Source: Micrococcus luteus NCTC 2665
GTDB lineage: Bacteria > Actinomycetota > Actinomycetes > Actinomycetales > Micrococcaceae
Assembly: GCF_000023205.1 (NCBI RefSeq)
Contig: NC_012803.1
Span: 660,001 to 692,000, forward strand
Direction of reading: 5' to 3'
Length of the DNA: 32,000 nt
The notes below the pieces were generated by a model, which was not told the DNA's origin, did not search any database, and worked only from the letters and a program-made list of their open reading frames with translations. Both the position numbers and the translations under genes were made by a program. Positions 17,022-23,144 of this stretch are shown here, in pieces (positions within the stretch are counted from its first letter, which is position 1; every line of letters begins with the position of its first letter).

Positions 17022-18430
17022 GCGGCACCTCCGATCAGCGCCAGCGGCACGTCAGGGCTCCGCACCGCGAGCCCACCCAGCAGCTCAGCAACCGCGCCCT
17101 CCGCATCATGTTCGGCCGAGGTCTCCGGGCCGTAGGTCAGTTCCCGCGACCCGACGTTCTGGTGGTACGCGTTGCCGTACATACCGGGCGTGTGCGCGGC
17201 GGTCGGAACGCTGCACTGGTGCCACTCGTAGGGCTCGATCTTCCCGATGTGCTGCACGAGGTAACGATTGATGTCGTCGGCACGATAGACCTTCACGACC
17301 GAGGCCAGCCGGCGGATGAACTGGTCCAGCGCCTCGTCCACGTTGCCCTTCTGGCGGGCGTAGTAGAAGAACTCGACGGGCTCGATCGTCGCCGTGATGA
17401 CGATGAGGCGCGGGGCGACCTCGCCCTTGTTCTTGTAGCGGGCCTTCGCAGGCGAGGCGTTGTACGGATCGAGCAGCAGCAGCCAGTCGTTCGCATCCAT
17501 CGCCGAGGCCCGCAGATCGTCCAGCAGCAGCACTTCCTCGCCCCGCCAGTCATCAAGCGGGTTCCCCGTCGCGGCCCGGTAGACCTGCCACCGCTCGCCG
17601 TGCGCGTTCGCCGCGTTGATCGCCTCGGTAATGAAGTCCGTGGCGAACCGGGTCTTGCCGATCCCGGCATCCCCATGGACGAACACCACGTGCGTCGAGA
17701 ACTCACCGGCGCGCAGCTTCGCCGCCGCCCGGTATGCGCGACGCTGGCCGTAGGCCGACAGCGCGTCGTCGATCTCCCGCTGATGCCGCGAGTAGATATC
17801 GAACAGCTCGTCCGTGAGCATGATCTGATCCCGCGTGATCTCACCTTGGAGAACGCGCTCCCGCATGTCCTCGAAGTTCTCGGCGACGATCTTCTTCTTC
17901 ACGTGGGCGCGGCCCTTCAGCCACGTCTCCCGGCGCTGGGCGTCGATCCCGAGGTAGTCAGGCCCACGCACCGTGGCGACCTCCGAAGGCGCGTACTGGT
18001 GCTTGTCCGCGTACTTCACGTGCGTCAGATACGACAGCATGTTGTCGAAGGCGTACCGCCCGCGGCCAGGCTTCTCGACGTACTGGGGCTCGACGCCGAT
18101 GCCGAACGCGAGCCGATCCAGCGGCGCACTCTTCGCACGGCTGGCGAACTTGATCACGGCGTGCAGGTGCTCGGGCTTCGGTTCGACCACCAGGGCCTTA
18201 TCCGTGTCACTCCAGACCTCGCGCTCGTCCCTGTCGTGCACGATGCCGTAGGCCTCGACGACCTGGCAGCCGGTGGCCTCGAGCCGCTGCACCACGTAGG
18301 CGAGGATCGCCTCGGCACCCTGCTGGAGCAGCGCGGCCCCGTTCGGGTCCTCGGCAGCCCAGGCCCAGTACGACGGATCGAGGTACTGCGTGAGCCCGAT
18401 GCTCGTCGGGTTGTTCTCCTGCTTAGCCAC
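17018..18430 (-). CDS. rep: replication initiator: HUH-type Rep (pMV158 RepB-like HDxD and HxH motifs) fused to a P-loop NTPase domain
   Basis: This is the ORF 17018..18664 frame, with GTG at 18430 preceded by GGGGGTGGTCGCC. The protein has GIVHDRDE ... PEHLHAVIKF (HUH) ... LSYLTHVKY, then Walker A (HGDAGIGKT) and Walker B-like (VLLLDD). Its stop overlaps the mobC ATG by 4 nt. The 78 codons upstream of 18430 are R/P-rich and were rejected. Confidence 0.75.
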   Translation of the reverse strand: MAKQENNPTSIGLTQYLDPSYWAWAAEDPNGAALLQQGAEAILAYVVQRLEATGCQVVEAYGIVHDRDEREVWSDTDKALVVEPKPEHLHAVIKFASRAKSAPLDRLAFGIGVEPQYVEKPGRGRYAFDNMLSYLTHVKYADKHQYAPSEVATVRGPDYLGIDAQRRETWLKGRAHVKKKIVAENFEDMRERVLQGEITRDQIMLTDELFDIYSRHQREIDDALSAYGQRRAYRAAAKLRAGEFSTHVVFVHGDAGIGKTRFATDFITEAINAANAHGERWQVYRAATGNPLDDWRGEEVLLLDDLRASAMDANDWLLLLDPYNASPAKARYKNKGEVAPRLIVITATIEPVEFFYYARQKGNVDEALDQFIRRLASVVKVYRADDINRYLVQHIGKIEPYEWHQCSVPTAAHTPGMYGNAYHQNVGSRELTYGPETSAEHDAEGAVAELLGGLAVRSPDVPLALIGGAA

Positions 18431-18782
18431 GGCGACCACCCCCGCCGCGGGCGGCGCGGAGGGCCTCAGAGGGAGTGCGGCGCCTAAATGACCCCCTATT
18501 GACCCCCAAATGAGACCCCATATGATCCCGCGGGACCACGCGACGGAGCGAGGGCGGAACAGGCCGCTGACCAGGCATGTTGTTGCAAGGCGCGGCAATC
18601 GACAAGCCCTTGCCGCGCCCGTAGGAACGAATGAGGGTCTCGTAACTCTTGGAGTGCGAAGCACGGCTACGGGCAGCCATCACGACGACGGGCAGCCCGC
18701 CTTCGGCGGGTGCCAGGCCAGGCCCTCCGGGCGGGGTCAGGTTGGTGGGAGCGGTGCTGAGGTTGCGTGCGTCGGCGTACAT
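18423..18782 (-). CDS. hypothetical basic protein (119 aa), possibly translationally coupled; may instead be non-coding origin DNA
   Basis: ATG at 18782 overlaps the stop of the HTH ORF, using the same 17-nt junction seen at 19030. The codon bias is mixed. The 3' part contains the iteron-like repeats. Confidence 0.3.
   Translation of the reverse strand: MYADARNLSTAPTNLTPPGGPGLAPAEGGLPVVVMAARSRASHSKSYETLIRSYGRGKGLSIAAPCNNMPGQRPVPPSLRRVVPRDHMGSHLGVNRGSFRRRTPSEALRAARGGGGRRG
18486..18529. repeat. four phased iteron-like direct repeats upstream of rep
   Basis: The copies are AAATGACCCCC (18486-18496), TATTGACCCCC (18497-18507), AAATGAGACCCC (18508-18519) and ATATGATCCC (18520-18529). The period is 11-12 bp. 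They sit in a locally AT-richer stretch 56-99 nt upstream of the rep start. Confidence 0.55.
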
Positions 18783-19030
18783 CAGCGACCACCGCCCCGG
18801 CCGTAGCGCTTGATGACAGCCTGATGCGTGACGCCGAGGGCGTCGCCGATCCTGGCCCAGGTCACCCCATCGGCTCGGGCGTCGGCGACGGCGATCTCGA
18901 CGGCCTCCTCCAGCACAGAGCGGAGCACGCCGAGGTCGTAGAGCTGGGCCTCGGCGTCGGCGAGGGACGGGTCGCCCTGACGCCAGCGGAAGCCGGTCAA
19001 GTGATCGAAGGCGGCGGAGTTCGCGCTCAT
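18782..19030 (-). CDS. helix-turn-helix DNA-binding protein (82 aa)
   Basis: The ORF has good GC3. A C-terminal HTH-like segment reads GVTWARIGDALGVTHQAVIKRYG. The start overlaps the upstream ORF stop (ATGA). Confidence 0.6.
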   Translation of the reverse strand: MSANSAAFDHLTGFRWRQGDPSLADAEAQLYDLGVLRSVLEEAVEIAVADARADGVTWARIGDALGVTHQAVIKRYGRGGGR

Positions 19031-19242
19031 CAGCGACCACCGCCCATCACAGAGGCAACGGCGGCGCGCTGGCGCGGGGTCAGCGGAGTGAGTGCCAGGC
19101 GCTCACCGGCTCGGCGGCCAGCGGCGCGGGCGGCGGCGATGACGGGATCGTGGCCGTCTGCCTGCGGAGAAGGAGCGGAGCCCTGATCGAGGCCAGGGCG
19201 GACGAGCGCGGATGCGCGGGGAACGTCGATAACGACAGACAT
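19030..19242 (-). CDS. hypothetical protein (70 aa), first gene of the element's leftward operon
   Basis: ATG at 19242 has GAGGA 6 nt upstream on the minus strand (...CTGAGGACTTCCGATG). The stop overlaps the next start. No family was recognised. Confidence 0.45.
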   Translation of the reverse strand: MSVVIDVPRASALVRPGLDQGSAPSPQADGHDPVIAAARAAGRRAGERLALTPLTPRQRAAVASVMGGGR

Positions 19243-19381
19243 CGGAAGTCCTCAGACATGAGTATCTTCCGGTTCCCCGCCACGGTAATTGGGCTGTTTG
19301 ACCGGCTACTCATCCGGGAGCAGAACCCCGCGCTTCTAAGTCGCGGCCCCGGTGGGATCTTCTTGTCTGCAACCATTCTTC

Positions 19382-19421
19382 CATGACTCGACTCACCAGT
19401 GCAATGACGAGTCGAGTCATG
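19382..19421 (-). terminator. 13-bp perfect stem hairpin immediately after the recombinase stop
   Basis: CATGACTCGACTC (19382-19394) pairs with GAGTCGAGTCATG (19409-19421) around a 14-nt loop. It lies 2 nt downstream of the recombinase stop (19424-19426). There is no clear U-tract. Confidence 0.5.
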
Positions 19422-19423
19422 AG

Positions 19424-20860
19424 TCAGTCGCGTCTCGGCTCGATCCGCACGAGATCGGGGTCGAACTTCACGTGACCCGGCATGATGGGCTCGATGGTCA
19501 CCGTCACCAGCTCGTCCACGAGCATCCGGCGACGGTCCATGTCCAACGCCTTCCACTTCGACTCGACAACCTCGCGGCGCTCCGCGGTGCCGACCGGCTC
19601 ATCGACCTCCGCCAGCAGCTTCGCCGCCACCGACACCGAGCGGTCGAGCAGCTCCGCGTCGATCTCGTCGATGCGAGCCTTCACGTCGTTGATCGCCGCC
19701 GTGATCTCCAGGACCGGCTGATGGATGTCGCGCAGCAGCGGGCTCAGCGCCTTCACCCGCTCGACCAGGGCGTTCCGCTCGGTCAGCAGTTCCTCGCGAT
19801 CCGGCCCGGCGGCTTCCTGCGGCATCACGAGGTCGTGCACGTCCACGGACGACAGGCGCGTGAGCACCGCCTCGGTGACCATCGCATCGACGGGCTCGCG
19901 CTGGCGGGTGAGATGGAACTGCTCGCCACAACAGTACGTCGGCTGCTTGCGGCTGTTCGTCCCCGAGACGAGCGTCGCGCCGCACTTCCCACAGAGGCCG
20001 ATCGTGGACAGGAGGTACTTCGGCTGATTGCCCTGCCTCGCCGACCTCCGCACGTTGTCCTCCAGCTTCGCCACCGCGGCCCGCCACGTCTGCTCGCCGA
20101 CGATGGGCGGGAACGCCTCGCCCTGCACCGGGTACAGCTCGCCGGTCTTGTAGTGGCGGATGAAGCCAGCGTAGAGCGAGTTCGCCAGCAGATACCGCAC
20201 AGCATCGACGGAGAACTCCGACCCGCGGGCGGTGAGGTGGCCAGCGCTGTTCAAGTCCTCCCGGATGCGACGGATCGACAGCGACGGCTCACCGAGGAAC
20301 GCATCGAAGGCCCGCCGAACTGCGGCGGCCTCCTCCTCGATCAGCTCGCCCTCCCTCGTCCAACCGAACGCCTTCCAGGTGGACGCCGGGATGCCTTCGG
20401 CGCGGCGGCGCTCATTCGACCTGATCTGCCGCTCCGCCTTGCGTCGAGCCTCGAACCGGGCGAGAGCGGCGAGCATCGTCGCTCGGAACTCTCCGTCGGC
20501 CGTCGAGAGGTCGATCTCGCCGTCCACTGTGACGACGCGCAGGCCGAGGTCGATCAGCGTGTTGAGGTCCTTCGTGCTCCGCAGCAGTCGGTCCATGTCC
20601 ACGGCGACGACCATCGAGAATCGACCTGCTCGGGCGTCGTCCAACATCTCGGCCCAGCGGGTGCCAGCTCGACGCTTCTTCGTCGCCGACACCGCGTTGT
20701 CCTCGTAGACCTCGACCACGTTCCAGTCCTTGGCCTCGGCCAATGCCCTGATCTTCCTCAGTTGTGTATCGACCGTCCAGCGGTCGCCTTTGCGGTCCAT
20801 GGAGGCGCGGACGTAGGCCGCCACCTCGTTCGTCTTCCTCAGCGCTACCAGTTCGACCAT
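19424..20860 (-). CDS. large serine recombinase (integrase)
   Basis: This 478-aa ORF has an N-terminal resolvase domain (AAYVRASMDRK... with the catalytic Ser, and MVVAVDMDRLLRS), then a recombinase domain. It also has a zinc-ribbon-like LCGKCGATL...YCCG and a C-terminal coiled coil. It lies next to the element end. Confidence 0.9.
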   Translation of the reverse strand: MVELVALRKTNEVAAYVRASMDRKGDRWTVDTQLRKIRALAEAKDWNVVEVYEDNAVSATKKRRAGTRWAEMLDDARAGRFSMVVAVDMDRLLRSTKDLNTLIDLGLRVVTVDGEIDLSTADGEFRATMLAALARFEARRKAERQIRSNERRRAEGIPASTWKAFGWTREGELIEEEAAAVRRAFDAFLGEPSLSIRRIREDLNSAGHLTARGSEFSVDAVRYLLANSLYAGFIRHYKTGELYPVQGEAFPPIVGEQTWRAAVAKLEDNVRRSARQGNQPKYLLSTIGLCGKCGATLVSGTNSRKQPTYCCGEQFHLTRQREPVDAMVTEAVLTRLSSVDVHDLVMPQEAAGPDREELLTERNALVERVKALSPLLRDIHQPVLEITAAINDVKARIDEIDAELLDRSVSVAAKLLAEVDEPVGTAERREVVESKWKALDMDRRRMLVDELVTVTIEPIMPGHVKFDPDLVRIEPRRD

Positions 20861-20903
20861 GCAACCAAGCTTACGTGGACGAGTGTTGCAACCCCGACAT
20901 GCG

Positions 20904-21158
20904 CTACCGCAGGTCGATCACGCCGGTGCCGAGGCTGATCCGCTCGGTGCGGGCGGCCATCGCGGCGAGGATCGGGAACGGCGAGGAGAACATCCGCTGG
21001 AAGTGGTGGACGCGCAGCCAGGCGCCGTCGAGCCCGGCGTCCTCGGCGGCCACGGCCATGGGGACGACGTCGTCGAGGGCCTGCCGCGCGTCCGGTTCGG
21101 CGCCGGGCCGGTGGATCCAGTGGCCGAAGTTGAGGAAGCCGAGGTGCTTGCGGGTCAT
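20904..21158 (-). pseudogene. LLM class flavin-dependent oxidoreductase, N-terminal 84 codons ending at a junction-created TAG
   Basis: This is the ORF 20904..21446 frame with ATG at 21158. The protein reads MTRKHLGFLNFGHWIHRPGAEPDARQALDDVVPMAVAAEDAGLDGAWLRVHHFQRMFSSPFPILAAMAARTERISLGTGVIDLR*, a typical LLM N-terminus. The stop TAG is made of the TA core plus the first element base. Confidence 0.8.
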
Positions 21159-21297
21159 GCCGGGTGCAACCGCGGGGCGGGCGGGGCTGTTCACGGTGCT
21201 CGTCTGACCGCCGGCCGGCGACATCACCTGCGGGCAGACCCGCGGAGATGTCGCTGCGGAGCGGTCGATCGCCGCGGCGTCCGCCATACTGGCGGGC

Positions 21298-21714
21298 ATG
21301 AGCGAGCAGTGGAGCGAGAAGGACATCGAGCTGGCGAACCGGCTCTTCGACATGGCGCGGGACGGGGACACGGCCCAGCTGAAGGCATACCTGGACGCCG
21401 GGGTGAGCACGCGCCTGCGCAACCACACGGGCGACTCGTTCCTCACCCTCGCCGCCTACCACGAGCACCCGGACACCGTGGCGATGCTCATCGAGGCCGG
21501 CGCCGAGATCGAGCACGCCAACGATCGCGGCCAGCGCGCCCTGACCTGCGCCACGTTCAAACGGGATGTCGCCTCGATGCGGCATCTGCTCGCGGCCGGG
21601 GCGGACCCGGACGCGGGCACCCCCTCGGCGCGTCAGACCGCTCAGATGTTCGCCGGTGCTGACCTGCTGGCGGTGCTCGACGGCGGGGACGCGGCGCCGG
21701 CGTCGGAGGCCTGA
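21298..21714 (+). CDS. ankyrin repeat protein
   Basis: This 138-aa ORF has ankyrin-type repeats (GDSFLTLAAYHEHPDTVAMLIEAGAEIEHANDRGQRALTCATFKRDVASMRHLLAAGADPD). Confidence 0.75.
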   Translation: MSEQWSEKDIELANRLFDMARDGDTAQLKAYLDAGVSTRLRNHTGDSFLTLAAYHEHPDTVAMLIEAGAEIEHANDRGQRALTCATFKRDVASMRHLLAAGADPDAGTPSARQTAQMFAGADLLAVLDGGDAAPASEA

Positions 21715-21748
21715 CCCGCCGGGAGGACGGTCTGCCCGTCCCGGCGGG
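21715..21748 (+). terminator. 10-bp GC-rich hairpin after the ankyrin gene
   Basis: CCCGCCGGGA (21715-21724) pairs with TCCCGGCGGG (21739-21748). It starts directly after the stop at 21712-21714. There is no U-tract. Confidence 0.35.
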
Positions 21749-21833
21749 GCGCCTCGGCGATCGCCTCCCAGCGGGCCGCGTCGTGGGGCACGGTGACGCG
21801 GGTGCCGGGCGGAATGGAAGAATGGGATCCGAC

Positions 21834-23144
21834 ATGACTTCTTCCCACACCCTCCCCGCCGCGGCGGCGGCCGACGGCGACGACGTCGCCGACCCTCACG
21901 CCCCGCACTACGCCAAGTCCGCCGGCGCGGGTCGACGCATCACCGACGACGATCAGCTCCACGAGGCCCGCCACCCCGCCCCGACGACGGACCGCCTGAC
22001 CCTGCCCCCGCTGCGGCTGGGACCGCTGACCATCGACGTCCCCGTGGTGCTCGCCCCGATGGCCGGCATCACCAACACGGCGTTCCGCCGCCTGTGCCGC
22101 GAGTACGGTGGCGGCCTCTACGTCAACGAGATGGTCACGGCCCGCGCGCTGGTCGAGCGGAAGCCCGAGTCGATGCGGATCATCCAGCACGACCCGGACG
22201 AGGTGCCCCGCTCCGTGCAGCTCTACTCCGTGGACCCGGTCACCACCGGCGCGGCGGTGCGGATGCTGGTCGAGGAGGACCGCTGCGACCACATCGACAT
22301 GAACTTCGGCTGCCCCGTGCCCAAGGTGACCCGCCGCGGCGGCGGCTCGGCCCTGCCGTGGAAGTCGGAGCTGTTCGCCTCGATCGTGAAGGCCGCCGTC
22401 ACCGAGGCGGCCAAGAAGGACATCCCGGTGACCGTGAAGATGCGCCGCGGCATCGACGAGGACCACCTGACCTTCCTCGACGCCGGCCGCACGGCCCGCG
22501 ACCTCGGCGTCGCCGCCGTCGCCCTCCACGGCCGCACCACCCGCCAGTTCTACTCGGGCACCGCCGTGTGGGACGACATCGCCCGGCTGCGCGAGGCCCT
22601 GCCGGACATCCCCGTGCTCGGCAACGGCGACATCTGGTCCGCGGAGGACGCCATCGCGATGGTCGAGCGCACGGGCGTGGACGGCGTCGTGATCGGCCGC
22701 GGCTGCCAGGGAAGGCCCTGGCTGTTCGGGGACCTGCAGGCCGCGTTCGAGGGCCGCCAGGACCGGTTCCACCCGACCCTGGGCATGGTCGCGGACACGC
22801 TGTACCGCCACGCCGAGCTGCTCGTGGACACCTTCGGCGGCGACGAGACGAAGGCGCTGCGGGACATCCGCAAGCACGTGGCCTGGTACTTCAAGGGCTA
22901 CCCCGTGGGCTCGGAGATCCGCACCGCCCTGGCGACCGTCCCGGACCTGGCCACGCTGCGCGAGATCCTCGCCCGCGTGGACCGGGACCAGCCCTACCCG
23001 GGCGAGGCCGCCGAGGGCCCCCGCGGCCGGGCCGGCGCCCCCAAGCGCCCGCACCTGCCGGACGGCTGGCTGGACTCCCGCGAGCTCAACGCCGAGCAGC
23101 AGGCCATGATCCAGGCCGCCGAGCTGGACGTCTCCGGTGGCTGA
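21834..23144 (+). CDS. dus: tRNA dihydrouridine synthase (DusB-like)
   Basis: This is the ORF 21783..23144 frame with ATG at 21834 (alternative 21822). The protein has LAPMAGITNTAFRRLCREYG, DMNFGCPVPKVTRRGGGSAL, and VTVKMRRG...HGRT, all Dus family motifs. Confidence 0.88.
   Translation: MTSSHTLPAAAAADGDDVADPHAPHYAKSAGAGRRITDDDQLHEARHPAPTTDRLTLPPLRLGPLTIDVPVVLAPMAGITNTAFRRLCREYGGGLYVNEMVTARALVERKPESMRIIQHDPDEVPRSVQLYSVDPVTTGAAVRMLVEEDRCDHIDMNFGCPVPKVTRRGGGSALPWKSELFASIVKAAVTEAAKKDIPVTVKMRRGIDEDHLTFLDAGRTARDLGVAAVALHGRTTRQFYSGTAVWDDIARLREALPDIPVLGNGDIWSAEDAIAMVERTGVDGVVIGRGCQGRPWLFGDLQAAFEGRQDRFHPTLGMVADTLYRHAELLVDTFGGDETKALRDIRKHVAWYFKGYPVGSEIRTALATVPDLATLREILARVDRDQPYPGEAAEGPRGRAGAPKRPHLPDGWLDSRELNAEQQAMIQAAELDVSGG

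Larger units (their letters stand above)
12322..20906. mobile_element. integrative mobilizable element (~8.58 kb): serine recombinase, Rep, MobC, relaxase and mer module
   Basis: It interrupts the LLM gene. A TA dinucleotide is present at both junctions (12322-12323 and 20905-20906). The element ends are inverted 12-mers (GCGCATGTCGGG at 12324-12335, CCCGACATGCGC at 20893-20904). The recombinase gene lies 43 nt inside the right end. Parts of the element are visibly less GC-rich than the flanks (for example 18481-18540 and 19240-19420). Confidence 0.85.

Noticed and set aside
18431-18664. N-terminal extension of the Rep ORF to GTG 18664
   Set aside because: The 78 extra codons are R/P/S/G-rich and span the iteron-like repeats and a hairpin. 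GTG 18430 is preceded by the same GGTGGTCGC coupling element seen at two other gene junctions.
12322-20906. Looked for direct target-site duplications or tyrosine-integrase-style direct att repeats, or a tRNA target, at the element ends
   Set aside because: Only the TA dinucleotide is shared in direct orientation. The 12-14-bp matches at the ends are inverted, which fits serine-recombinase half-sites and not a transposon TSD or a tyrosine-integrase core. No tRNA gene is present.
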